Origin: Octopus vulgaris
Lineage: Eukaryota
Assembly: GCA_951406725.2 (NCBI GenBank)
Contig: OX597829.1
Span: forward strand, 22,010,001 to 22,074,000
Length of the DNA: 64,000 bases
Direction of reading: 5' to 3'
The notes below the pieces were generated by a model that did no database searches, was not told the DNA's origin, and saw only the letters and a program-made list of their open reading frames with translations. Of the stretch, positions 11,729-24,280 are shown in pieces (position 1 is the stretch's first letter; each line of letters starts with the position of its first letter). The position numbers and the translations under genes were made by a program.

Positions 11729-13303
11729 CAAGGGTCAGCTGAAAAGTTCATAAGTTGACCAACATACTCTCATGGAATATGACCAAATGTGGTGTAGGAT
11801 TTCTTCCTCTTTGTTTTAAAAATGTATACATAAGGAAACAAGAAAAGCATCCAAACAATATATATAACTCTTTATTTCAGGTAAATGTGAAATGTACATT
11901 TTGGTCAGTCAGCAACCACACAGCAAATCTGGAGTTAATTAAAACACGTCTACAGTGTTCAACGGCCGCGTCCCGAGTCTCTGACACAAGCAAGGAACGC
12001 GACAGAACTTTTTCCGTCAGTCTTTTAGCGCATGTGCATGAGGGAACCTTCGCAAGCCTTCTAGAAGATTCCAACCCGCACGCACGCACTGTCAAGATGA
12101 CGTCACTACAGAGGTTTATTTTTCAACATTGTCCGCCTTGTGGTCCACACACTTCACCCATAAGTGTTGCTGTGCTTGGATCCCATTGGGGAAGAAGCTT
12201 CCATCCTGTTGTTCAAAAAAGTCATCAACAGTAGACAGCACGTCATCATCATTGCAATACTGGTTCCCAGCCAAATGCTTTTTCATGCTGAGGAACAGAT
12301 AAAAGTTAAGTGGAGCCAAATTAGGAGAATAGGGAGGCTGATCAACCAGTTCAAAGCCAGTCATGCACAGCAGACATTGAAATCAAAGATCTGTGTGCTG
12401 GAGTATCGTCCTAATGAAACAAAACCTTTTTCATCAGTTTTCCTGGGTGTTTGATCTTCATAGCCTTTCATAACTGTCTCAGCAAGTTAGCATAGTACTC
12501 TCCATTGAGGGTGTGACTCTTCTGAAGATAGTTAATAAACACAATGCCTTTTGCATCACAAAAAACTGAGGCCATCATTTTTCCTGCATATGAAACAACC
12601 TTGGTCTTCTCTAGAGCAGGTGAGGAGGAGTGTTTCCACTGCATAAATTCTCTCTTTGTCTCTAGCTCAAAGTAATGAACTCATCTTGGGTTAGGAAACG
12701 TTCAGCTGGATCAGCCTGACACAATATCAGATTTTCCTGTGAAGAGATCAGCTTGGTGTGCTTTTGATCAAGTGTCAAAAGACTGAGCAGAAACTGTCAT
12801 CCTGTCAAGTTCATTGAGCAGAATATTCTTAACTCTCTCACAGGATATGTTAATAGCATTGGCTATTTGATTTATAGCCAATCACCTGTCATCTATCACC
12901 ATGTGGTGAACATGATAAATGTTTTCCTCAGTGTGTGGCAGTCACTGAATGTCCAGACCTTGGATCATCTTCAAGACTCTTTTCCTCTCCTAAATTCATC
13001 TGCCCACTTTTTTATAGTTGATAAAGCTGGAGCATCATCCCTTAATGTAGCAACCAAGTCAGCATGAATGTCCTTTGGCGCCAAACTCTTTTTCTGCAGG
13101 GACTTGATAACACCACAGTCCATTTACAAGAGTAGTCAATACCAGTTAATTTTGAAGTCTTCTTTGAACAGTCAGATGTCAGTTTATCTGGAAAGAAACA
13201 ATGCAGTTATTAATAAGAAGTGTTAAAATTAATGCATGCAAGATTCCTCAGCTCTAGCATCACTCCTTGATAATCAACCTATAAACATTTCAGTCCACCT
13301 TTG
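11729..13303 (-). mobile_element. Near full-length decayed mariner transposon (probably irritans-like)
   Basis: TA-flanked TIRs CAAGGGTCAGCTGAAAAGTTCATAAGTTGA and TCAACCTATAAACATTTCAGTCCACCTTTG. Transposase remnant PPYSPNLAPLNFYLF...WVKCVDHKADNVEK (12116-12364). About 1.25 kb after removing the nested insert. Confidence 0.92.
11793..12110 (-). mobile_element. Solo LTR (318 bp) nested in the mariner
   Basis: TGTAG...CTACA termini, 4-bp flanks GTGG/GAGG, minus-strand AATAAA about 80 bp from the 3' end, CpGs intact. Confidence 0.8.
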
Positions 13304-13305
13304 TA

Positions 13306-13871
13306 TTGGGTTGTCCGGAAAGTTCATGCCAATTATTAAAGGAAAGAAAAAGGTCAATAAATACTTGCCATTACATTTTTAATCAACCAAATATGAACCA
13401 TTTTGTTGCACAATGCATCTCCATCTTTCCTTTAACTTGAAATGACTCTCTTCCCAGAACTGAGGTGGTTTCATGGCAAAGAATTCATCAAGGTTTCTTT
13501 TTATGTCATCCAAGGAATTGAAATTTTTACCATTAAGACTATTCTGCAGAGACCTGAATATGTAGAAACCCGAAGGAGCAACATCTGGTGAATATGGAGG
13601 GTGGGGTAACACATCCCAGCCGAGCTGCAGCAATTTTTGTCTGGTTCCCAAAGCATCAAGTGCCGAAAATGAACTTTCTTATCTTCCATTTTAAAAGGTT
13701 AGACAATTAACACAGGTTATAGGAACATAAACCTTCTTCCACGGAAAGATAGCTTTAGCTGTGCTCTAAATTGAGGTGTAGGCAAATCCTATTTTATGGA
13801 TTCAACCATGTTCTAAAATAAGTTGAAAGGCAAGCTACTATAAATCGGCACAAACTTTCCGGACAACCCAA
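13306..13871 (-). mobile_element. Internally deleted mariner of a second family (cecropia/mellifera-like)
   Basis: TA-flanked TIRs TTGGGTTGTCCGGAAAGTT and AACTTTCCGGACAACCCAA. N-terminus MEDKKVHFRHLML is fused out of frame to C-terminus LGWDVLPHPPYSPDVAPS...QQNGSY. Confidence 0.93.
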
Positions 13872-14112
13872 TATTATAGGCATAAAGCCTGATTTTTTAT
13901 TCTTCTTTTGATGGGATAGGGCTTACTGATTATATTGACCCCATTGCTCAAATGATACTTATTTTATTGATCCTCAAAAGGATGAAAGGCAAAATCAACT
14001 TCTGCAGAAAGTAAAGAAGGATGAAATGCTACCAATCATTTTATTTGGCATGCTAATAACTCTGCCAGTTCACCACCTTATCAGTAGTAACAATAATGCT
14101 CTCTACTATAAG

Positions 14113-14420
14113 CATGTGGAAGCACATGGCCGAGTGCTTAGAGCAGCAGACTCACAGTTGAGGGATTGTGGGTTCAAATCTCATACCAGGCAATGTGTAT
14201 GTTTATGAGCAAAACACCTAAGCTCCACGTGGCTCCAGCAGAAGGTAATGGCAAACTTCTGCTGACTCTTTTGCCACAACTTTCTCTCACTCTTTCATCC
14301 GGCATCTAGCAGCTCACCTGCAAAAAACTGATGTCCCATCCAGGTGAGGAACCTATAAGCCAAAGAAACTGGGATAATGGCCCTTATGAGCCAGGTATGG
14401 CTCGAGAAGGAACAAACAAC
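14113..14420 (+). mobile_element. tRNA-derived SINE (family C)
   Basis: TGGCCGAGTGCTTAGAGC (A-box) and GGTTCAAATCTC (B-box). Homologous to 36392-37037 and 61742-61907 (both minus). Confidence 0.8.
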
Positions 14421-14966
14421 TACTAGAAGCATATGGCCTGAAATTTTGAGCAAGGGGACTAGTTAATTATAATAACCCCAGTATTTAACTGGTACTTATT
14501 TTATCAATTCCCCACCACCACCACTTCAAAAGAAAAAAAAGGATGAAAGACAAAGCTGACCTCAGTGGCATTTGAATTTATTTACTCTTTTCAATATCTA
14601 ATTTAAAAAAAAAAAAACTTTTATTGAAATTTCATTTTTGAACTTTATTTTATCTTTATTTTTTAACTTTATTGCACAGTTTTAACTTTATTAACATTAG
14701 AAATTAATTACAATGATTAATCATAAAAAAAAAAAATGTTTTATCTTTAGTTTTAACCTTGAAACTAATTTTTTTTTGCCAAAGAATTGCCTTATTTATA
14801 ACATGAAGACAGACAAAACGTCACAAAGCATTTTGTCCAACTTGCTAATGATCCTGCCAGCTCACCACCTAAGCAGCAGCAATAGCAATAATAACAGTTT
14901 CTAATTTAGGTACAGGAACAGCAATTGCAAGGGAAGGGGGTTAATTGATACTACTGACTCCACAAA

Positions 14967-15372
14967 GGAGTGGCTGTGTGGTAAGTAGCTTGCTTACGAA
15001 CCACATGGTTCCAGGTTCAGTCCCACTGCATGGTACCTTGGGCAAGTGTCTTCTACTATAGCCTCGGGCTGACCAAAGCCTTGTGAGTGGATTTGGTAGA
15101 CAGAAACTGAAAGAAGCCCGTCGCATATATGTATGTATGTGTGTGTGTGTGTATATGTTTGTGTGTGTGTGTGTGTTTGTTCCCCCCAACATTGCTTGAC
15201 AATTGATGCTGGTGTGTTTACATCCCCATGACTTAGTGGTTCGGCAAAAGAGACCAATAGAATAAGTACTAGGCTTACAAAGAATAAGTCCTGGGATTGA
15301 TTTGTTTGACTAAAGGTGATGCTCCAGCATGGCCACAGTCAAATGACTGAAACAAGTAAAAGAGTAAAAGAG
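14967..15372 (+). mobile_element. Family-A SINE, full length
   Basis: GGAGTGGCTGTGTGGTAAG head, central TA/TG microsatellite, and tail CAGTCAAATGACTGAAACAAGTAAAAGAG. A degraded RTE ORF piece follows (15373-15600). Confidence 0.92.
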
Positions 15373-16035
15373 TGCAACAATGTGCCAGTGTATTAAGAGA
15401 GAAGTTAGGCATAAGAGGAATTAAATGCAGTATGCAAGAGAGAAGACTGTGTCCGTTTAGACATGAGGTGTCCAAAAAGAAGTGCCATTCACCCAAAGTG
15501 GTTAGAACTTGTGGAAGAGGGAGATTCAAGAAGACAAGGGACAGAGTCCTGAAGGATGACCTCATAACACTGAACCTTTCGGACAAGACGACAAAGAACC
15601 AAAATCCCTCAGGCTAAAGCAAAAATGGCTACAATTTGCTGGCCACTGTCATCAAGCAGAGAAGGAGGCTATCTCATCCCTGCTTCTATGCCATCCATCT
15701 GGAAGTGTTTTCTCCAGGAAACTGACATTTCTAGATACTATATCTCGGGACTCAGGGCTGGATATGAGAGATCTGAACACAGAAATGCAGGTCTGCGTAG
15801 TGTGGAAGGGGATTGTCAATGGAGTTCTGACCAACCATAGGTTGGTCAAACGATGATGAAAGCTGCAGTGGATTGGCCTGCAAAAATCCTGTACATAAAA
15901 TCTCCCGTGTTGATGTCATGTTAAAAGCATCCAGCTGTAGAAACCATAGCAAATCAGATAGGAACCTGGAACTGCTCTCCAGCTTGCTAGCTACAGTCAA
16001 AACCATGCCAGTATAGAAAACAGATATTAAAGAAT

Positions 16036-16265
16036 GGTGATAAAGATGAAGAAGATGAAGAAGATGAAGATGATGAAGATGAAGATGATGATGAAAAAGA
16101 TGATGATAAAGATGATGATGAAGGAGGATGATGATGAAGAAAGATGAAGATGAAGATGATGAAGATGATGATGATGAAGATGATGAAGATGATGAAGATG
16201 ATGATGATGATGAAGATGATGAAGATGATGAAGATGATGATGATGAAGATGATGAAGGTGATGAA

Positions 16266-16296
<31 letters not shown>
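16036..16296. repeat. (GAT/GAA)n compound microsatellite, expanded tail of an RTE 3' end
   Basis: Directly follows the RTE terminus at 15925-16030. The poly-D/E and poly-H ORFs are artefacts. Confidence 0.9.
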
Positions 16297-16297
<1 letters not shown>

Positions 16298-16714
16298 GAC
16301 TGAAAGGCAAAGCTGACCTTGGAGGAATTTAAACTCAGAATCAGTGCAAATATCACTGAGTACTCTTATCCAGTGCTGTAATGATTCTGTTAATCTACCA
16401 ATCTTGATTTCTGATTTAGAGACACAATGTCACCAATTCTGAGAGGAAGAGTTACTTGATAACCCCTACCTCAGTACTTCACCAATAATTATTTTACTGA
16501 CCACCAGAGAGATGAAAGGCAAAGCTGAATTCAGCAGGATTTGAACTTAAACCTACAGAAACAGAAGAAATACAGAAAGGCATTTCTTCCAATGCCCCAG
16601 CAATTCTTCCAAGTTGCCACTCTAATTCATTTGCCACAAGGTCAAAGAATGGTGGGACTTAGAAGACAGATTACAGAAATTGCATGTATAGAATGTGGTA
16701 TGTAAAAACAAGTC

Positions 16715-17996
16715 ATCATTGTTGTTTAAGATCTGTTTTCCATGCTGACATGGATTAGACAGTTTGACCAGAATTGGCAAGCCGGGATGGGGGCGGGGGG
16801 CGGTGGCTTGGCTGCACCAGATTGGTCTGATTTAGCATGGTTTCTACAGCTGGATGTTCTTCCTAATGCTAACCACTTTACAGAGTGGGCGCTTTTATAT
16901 GGTACTGCATGGCCACTTTTACGTGGCACCATACAGGTACTTTTACGTGGTACCACACGGGCACTTTTAAATGGCACATCCATGAGTGCGTTACCCCACT
17001 AGCAGGGTCAATCTTAACACTTCTGCTGTGAGGTACAGATTTTCCTGAGTACAGTCCTTTGTCATCTTGCCTGAAAGGTTCAGCTTCCTAAGGCCGTTCT
17101 TCAGTACTTCCACCCATGTCTTCCTGTGTTTCCAGCATACCAGAAATATAAATGCCCCAGCAGGGCACCAACCACCTGGGGGTCAAACTAGGAACCCTAT
17201 AGATTCAAAATTTCAACAACAGGCATAGCTGTGTGATAAGAAGTTTGCTTCCCAACCACATGGCTCTGGGTTCAGGTCCACTGTGCAACACTATGGGCAA
17301 GTGTCTTGGACGAACCACATTTTTGTATGGATTTGGTAGATGGAAACTGAAAGAATCTTGTTGTGTCTATGCATGTATATATATATCATCATCATCATTC
17401 ATTTAACGTCCACTTTCCATGCTAGCATGGGTTGGACGATTTGACTAAGGACTGGCGAACCAGATGGCTGCACCAGGCTCCAATCTGATTTAGCAGAGTT
17501 TCTACAGCTGGATGCCCATAGTAATGCCAACCACTCCGGGAGTGGTTGGCGTTTATATATATCATCATCATCATCATCGTTTAACGTCCGTTCTCCATGG
17601 GTTGGACGGTTCGACCGGGGATCTGGGAAGCCAGAAGGCTGCACCAGGCTCCAGTCTTATCTGGCAATGTTTCTACAGCTAGATGCCCTTCCTAACGCCA
17701 ACCATGGGTTGGATGGTTTGACAGGAACTGGTTAGGCAGAAGACTGCACCATGTTTTGCAGTCTGTTTTGGCATGGCTTTTACAGCTAGATGCCCTTCCT
17801 AATGCCAACCACTTTACAGTGTGGATTGGATGGTTTTTACGTGACACCAGCAGTGGCAGGGTCACCAAGTAACTTGCAAGACAAAGAGCCTGTAAGAGGG
17901 GATGTGACATTGGGGGGAGGCAATATTGTGCCAGATGATGAAAGGTTTCAGTGTGACAGAGAGACAGAAACAGGCGTCTTGCTGTAGAGGAGATAC

Positions 17997-18051
<55 letters not shown>

Positions 18052-18115
18052 GGAGTGATCGAGACTGAAGCCAGTAACAAGCGTGTTGCTGTAGAGGAGA
18101 TACGTGGTTAACCAG
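16715..18115 (-). mobile_element. Cluster of at least four RTE-type 3' ends, with a partial family-A SINE at 17221-17365
   Basis: Repeated CTACAGCT(G/A)GATG.(C/T)..CCTAA(C/T)GCCAACCAC cores near 16850, 17510, 17680 and 17790. Confidence 0.8.
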
Positions 18116-19147
18116 TCTGAGGGGACTAGAAAAACCACTGGCTGAATTCATAACCAGGTCTAGAACTATAGGAATCAATGAAGGAACCAGGAATCAATGT
18201 AAACAATCTCACCACAAAAATAAAATCTTGTACTAGTGTTAGGAATCAATAATTTTCTTTTAACTCTAAGCTAAGCAAATTTGTGCTATAACTAGACAGG
18301 AAAGAAGAAAATACAGTAGCCAAACGCCAACAAAAGGATTATATTTACTACTATCTAGAAAGACAGGAATTTTCTGCAACTAGCAAATCATTATAAATAC
18401 CCACTGTTTGAGTACTAAAATATATATATCAACAAAGCAACAAAGAATGAAGTCAGCAAAAGTCTGTTTTCTATCTTCAGGGAAGCCAACAAATATAAAA
18501 CAAACTTCAAGAAAGAGCTGAGACTATTTTAAAGAATGATAAAAAAAAAAAAAATACTAAATTGAAAATAGGATTAGAAAATGCCATCGTAAGGCTTCCT
18601 TAAGAAAAGAAAAAAAACTCTCACTAGCCAATATTTGACAAGACAGAACAAGGTGTATGAGGATAAAGAATGCAAAACTCAGAACTGGCTGAGAACAAGA
18701 TTCAACACTGAAAGACTGAAAATATCTTTTATGGTGTTACAGAAATGTTAACTACAGCAGAATAGGTTAGAGGATGTACAGCCATAGCTGTGTTGTTAAG
18801 AAGTTCACACTGCAGCCATGTGGTTTTGGGGGTTGGTCCCACTGTGTGACACTGCAAGACAAGTGGCTTCTGCTATAATAGCCTTGAACTGACTGGTGTG
18901 CTACGAGTGAAATTGGCTGTTTGGCAGGTGAAAATTGTATGTACACAAATACATACATACACACACACATTATACACATGCACACATATATATACATATA
19001 CAAACACACACACATATACATCCACACACACATACATCCACACATGCACACATATAAATCCACACACACAAATATACATACATATACACACATATGTACA
19101 TATATACATATACAAATATACATACACATACATATATACACACACAC

Positions 19148-19356
19148 GGCGGCGAGCTGGCAAAAACGTTAGCAGTATTTCATCTGTCGTTACGTTCTGA
19201 GTTCAAATTCCGCCGAGGTCGACTTTGCCTTTCATCCTTTCGGGGTCGATAAATAAAGTACCAGTTTCGCACTGGGGTCGATGTAATCGACTTAATCCGT
19301 TTGTCTGTCCTTGTTTGTCCTCTCTATGTTTAGCCCCTTGTGGGTAGTAAAGAAAT
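19148..19356 (+). mobile_element. Meta-domain SINE, young copy
   Basis: GGCGGCGAGCTGGCA head, intact CpGs, tail CCCCTTGTGGGTAGTAAAGAAA. Confidence 0.9.
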
Positions 19357-20619
19357 ATATGTACACACACAAATATATATATATATACATACACACATAC
19401 ACATATATACATATATATACACACACACATACACATATATACATATATATACACACACACATATATACATACACACATATACATATATACACACACACAT
19501 ATATACATACACACACATGCACACACACACACACATGCACTCACACACACACACACACACACACATATGACTGAACTTCCTACCCTCTTGGACCTGGACA
19601 ACCACTGGATCTTCATTTTCTCTCTCTATTTTTCTTCTTATTCCTTTCTGTCAAAGGGTGTAGGCTCGGAACATAAAAGACTTTTCCATTTTTCCCCGAG
19701 TGTTGTTCCTGCACCTGTCTTTGTCTTTGTTTTTCTATAGATTCAAACAATATATCATCATCACCATTCAATGTCTGATTATTTGCTGATACAGGTGGGA
19801 TGGTTTGACAGGAGCCAGCCAGACCGAAGTCTGTACACAGACTTCTGTGACTGTTTTGGCAGGATTTATACAGCTGGATACTCTTCATTACACCAACCGC
19901 TCAGTAGAGTGGACTTGGTGCTCTTTACATAGCACTAGCACAGGTGAGGTTAGTCTTGGCATGGTTTTTACAACTGGATGCCCTTCCAAACGCCAACAAC
20001 TTTACAGTGTGGACTGAGTGCCTTTTAAGTGGCACCTGCACTGACAGGGTCACCATGTACTTGCAAGACAAAAAAAATCTTTTGAGAGGGAAGGGAACAT
20101 TGGAGGAGGTAGTCGTGTCAGATGATGAAGTGTTATAGCAAGACAGAAACGGGTGTCTTGCTGTAGAGGAAGTACAAGGTTACCCAGCTGGAGAGAGAGA
20201 GAGAGATCAGGAACGAAGACAGAAACAAGTGTGCTGCTGCTACAAAGAAGATACATGATTACCCAATCTGAGAGAAGAGCAGGAGAAGAAGAGAGAGTAT
20301 GGGAGACAGCAGGATACAGAAGGTGGCAAAATGATTGGGCATACTCACAAGAGACAGAGATCAGAATATAAATGGGATGGCTAAGTAAAAGAAAGGAGGG
20401 ATATAGATGGTGGCAAGTGCCAGGGCATACCCTTGAGGTTTGAGCGCCATAATATAAGTGACAAGATATTGCGAAAGAAGTGTGATTAAAGAGTGCAGAA
20501 GGGGATTGGAAAGTGAGATATATATATATATATATATATATTGGAGGTTATGAGATGTAATGGTGTCAGTGAGACCCAAAGATGTCAGCTAATGCTGAAT
20601 AAGTGCTATGGATAGACCA

Positions 20620-20900
20620 TCGTTAAATACTATTGGATTTTACTCATAAGATATTGGAATCTTATATGTTTACCATTCTGCCTAAATAATGGATCTACAA
20701 ATACAATATCCCTGCATATCACATCTATTTTCATTCCTCTACCTCACTCGCTATTTCGTATCATTTCTAAATTAACTATTGCTTAACCATCTTCTCACAC
20801 CGCCTCCAATGAAGGGATATAATAAATATCCTGGAAACAGCTGTAAGGACCTATTTATAAATGTTCTAAAATCTACACAGTTTTGGTTTTTTTTTCTCAT
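20620..20900 (+). mobile_element. Penelope-like element 3' remnant (pseudo-LTR)
   Basis: HKILESYMF resembles a GIY-YIG C-terminus and is followed by a hammerhead-like motif. Confidence 0.6.
20803..20848 (+). ncRNA. Minimal type-I hammerhead ribozyme fossil (core mutated)
   Basis: CCT-CCAATGA-A-G-GGATAT-aataa-ATATCC-TG-GAAAC-AGCT-GTA-AGG: stem I CCT/AGG, stem II 6 bp, palindromic stem III ACAGCTGT. Core reads CCAATGA instead of CUGANGA. Confidence 0.65.
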
Positions 20901-21203
20901 TATGAAAAAATGTTTACATATACATATATATATATATACATACATATGTACATATTTGTATCTAAATATGGGGATGTGTGTATGCACGTGTGATCGAGGG
21001 TTCGATTCCCAGGCCGGCCAGCATGTTGTGGTCTAGAGCAAAAATACATCATTTCACGTTGCTCCAGTTGCCTTTTGACCAGAGGGAATGTTGGCATACT
21101 CGCCTAGTCATCAAGGTAGCGTCTTCCAAAGACTAAACCGATGCAAAACTCATTGTGTCCACCGACATGTAACAACATCTGATAGTCTGGTCGGGTATGT
21201 GGT

Positions 21204-21250
<47 letters not shown>

Positions 21251-21534
21251 TGGAAACTGAAAGGAGCTCGTCATATATGTACGTATTTATGTGTGTGTGT
21301 GAGTTTCTGTCCCCCTTCACCACTTGATAACTGGTAACTTAGTGTAACTTAGCAGTTTGACAAAAGATACCGACAGAATAAGCACTAGACTCAAGAAATA
21401 AGTCCTGGGGTTAATTTGTTTGACTAAAACTGTTCAAGGTAGTGCTCCAGTAAGTGACTGGCCACAGTCAAGTGACTGAAACAAAAGAATAAAAATAAAT
21501 GTATGTATCTAAATGTATGTATGTATATATGTAG

Positions 21535-21760
21535 AAAATTCACAAAAAAAAAAAACAAAAGACAAAGTCAGGTGGTGTAGATAACAAACAGATGTATTAG
21601 TTTAATGTTCGGGAAAGGAAAAAGTCTTTAATGTTTCGAGCCTATGCTCTTCCACAGAAAAGAACACAGAAAGAAATAAGGAGAAAAAAATAAAGAATGT
21701 GTAGTGGCTAGCAATCAATCATGGCAAATGCTGGACAAAGGGGTCACACAGGAGAGCTAG
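21535..21760 (-). mobile_element. Penelope-like pseudo-LTR with degenerate hammerhead motif (21625-21662)
   Basis: Minus strand TTT-CTGTGGA-A-GAGC-ATAG-GCTC-GAAACATTA-AAGA. A related, more decayed copy lies at 19645-19705 (+). Confidence 0.6.
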
Positions 21761-23149
21761 GAAAAAGGGGAGACGGTGAAGTAGTGGTGATTCCAAAACG
21801 AAGGTGTGCAGGTGAATAAGAGAGCATGTATGTGCGTGTGGAAGAGGGCTGGTGACCCTGACATGTGTGTATGTGTAAGTGTGTGGATGTGGGGCTGGGA
21901 AGTGGTCAGTGCTAGTGTGTGCATGGTGGTGTGATGTGATATGGTGTTGTGGTATGGTGGTATATGGTGTAGTGGTGTGTGGTGTGGTGTGATGGTGTTG
22001 GGATATGGGGGAGGCGAGAGTTGGGAAAGCAAGGGTGGGGTGTGGGTTAAGCTGAGGGTGGGGTAGAGGTGAGGTATGTGGGTAGGCTGAGGGGGTATGT
22101 GGGAGGGTATGTAAAGGATGAGGTGGGGTGGGATGGTATGGATAGGGAAGTTGGGGTTGGATTGTGTAGGGGTGGGGTTATCAGGGAGGGGTGCCAATGA
22201 AGGGAGAGGGGGAATGGTGCACACTGCTAGTGGAGAGGCCATGCTTACACTGTAAAGCCAGAAAGAAAATGGCACGATCAGGCTCAAACTTTGATCATGT
22301 GACCACAATAGTACCACTTAAGAGCATGCATGCGCAGAAGGCAGAGTGACAATTAGAAAGATATGTTATGGCGAAAGTGCAGATAATTTTTGACTTCCCC
22401 TCATATATATTCACCATATCTGCCCCCATCCATTAGGGATAACTCCCTCTGAATCCATTTGTGAGTGAGGGTGCTCATCTTGTAAGTAATTTCATCCAAG
22501 TTCATATTCACCAGGAAGTCCAGACCAAACCATACCCCAAGTACCTTAACAGGGCTATCAGGCTAATGGTTACAGTGATGGCTGGCATGGACTTGCATTC
22601 TCCAAGAGCCGAGTAGCAAGTCCTATGACATGACCTGGTTAATGCATGCTTTTATTGTCACCTCATGTTTCTTCAATACAATTCCAACTATTTTGATTTC
22701 TTTCGATGTCTGTCATCATGACACTGAAGTCAACTGACATAACAATGACACAAAAGTGAAGGAACTCAGGAGGGATGAAAGAGGATACTTCTGTCACTCC
22801 AAGTTGTGAGTGAAAATGCTCCCAGCTGTTGACAGTGATAATCTTAAAAAACAATGAATGTTAAAAAAAAAAAGATTCCAGCTTTTGAGAATTCATATTA
22901 AAATTAGGTTATCAGTTAGAAATCTGATAAGCAAACGATCACATTATTGACTCAGTAAATTTTAAAATACACGTTTCTTTTGTACAAAGATCACATAATT
23001 TGATAAACTAAATAAATATTAATTAGTTCAATTATAGAATTATGTTAGCAATGGAAAATATCTTATGTATGACTATTGATTTATATTACAACAGAAATTA
23101 CTTCACAGGGATTTGTTGATTGATTAATAAGTTCTGAAAATGTAAAAGA

Positions 23150-23475
23150 CATGGCTCAGTGGTTAGAGTGCCAAGCTTACGATTGTGAGGTTGTGAGCTC
23201 GAATCCCGGACTGGGCTGCGTGTTGTGTTCTTGAGCAAGACACTTTATTTCCCGTTGCTCCAGTTCACTCTGCTGTAGAGATGAGTTGTGACACCACAGG
23301 TGCTAAGCTGTATCGGCCTTTGCCTTTCGCTTGGATAACACTGGTTGCGTGGAGAGGGAAGGCCGGTATGCATGGGCGACTGCTGGTCTTCCATAAACAA
23401 TCTTGCCCAGACTTATACCTGGAAGGGTAACTTTCTAGGTGCAATCCCACGGTTAGTCATGACCAAAGGGGGTCT
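23150..23475 (+). mobile_element. tRNA-derived CORE-like SINE
   Basis: TGGCTCAGTGGTTAGAG (A-box), GCTCGAATCCC (B-box-like), TCTTGAGCAAGACACTTTATT...CCAGTTCACTCTGCTGTAGAGATGAG. Confidence 0.85.
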
Positions 23476-24280
23476 CAGCAGCAGTTCATATAGACCGCAT
23501 AACACACCAAGGTAGATGAATTAATCAAACAGTATATATACAAATCAATAATGATCTAAATTAATTTTCGAGTTCTAACTCCAAAGGAAAACATGGATGT
23601 TAAAGCTGGAAAACTATGTTTTCAATCTAGTAGGGTTTCATTCACTTAGGTGCCATCAAAACTACATGTTCTCAAAGATGGTTTACATGTCTGTATGTGC
23701 CCTGAATAAAATCACATGATGACATAGATTTAGCAAGAAATCATCTTCGTCATCACCATTATCATCATCATCATTTAATGTCCATATTCCATGCTGACAT
23801 GGATTGCATAGTTTGACAAGACTCAACAAATCCAAAGACTGCATTGTGCTTCAATGTCTGCTTTGGCATGATTTCTATGATTGGATGCCATTCCTAACAC
23901 CAGCCACTTTACAAAGAGTATGCAAGCTTTTTTTTTTCCATGATACCAGCATTAATGAAGAAGCCATATAGCCCTCGAGAATAACATCCCCTTCAACTGA
24001 GGAGGTGGGGTGGATGGCTAGTGGTGAGGGGAAGGGCTACAGTAGAAGAAAAACTAAGTATAGAATTCTCTTTTTCTAGATGACAGAACTATTGCAGAAC
24101 AAATCTAAGAGTTAGACATAACAATTACAATTTGTCAACTACTCACAGTTCACAGTTTCTTAATTTTATTGAAATGCATTGGTCCACTTTCAGTCACGTG
24201 GGGGTAGTCAGGATCCTTTCACAACAATTAACGAGATAATCAGTGAATAGGAAAATTGAGTTTTAAACATAAAGTGTATA

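Noticed and set aside
13379-13689. SETMAR-like host gene
   Set aside because: No SET domain; bounded by TIRs and internally deleted.
15987-16356. Poly-Asp/Glu, poly-His and poly-Met ORFs
   Set aside because: Expanded (GAT/GAA)n tail of an RTE end; no splice or domain context.
21757-22317. 186-aa Pro/His/Thr-rich ORF (similarly 27485-27993)
   Set aside because: Strand-biased low-complexity sequence typical of retroelement UTRs; no domain or splice evidence.
23150-23225. tRNA genes at SINE heads (also 14120-14190, 61835-61907)
   Set aside because: A/B boxes run on into SINE bodies, and I could not fold a complete cloverleaf.
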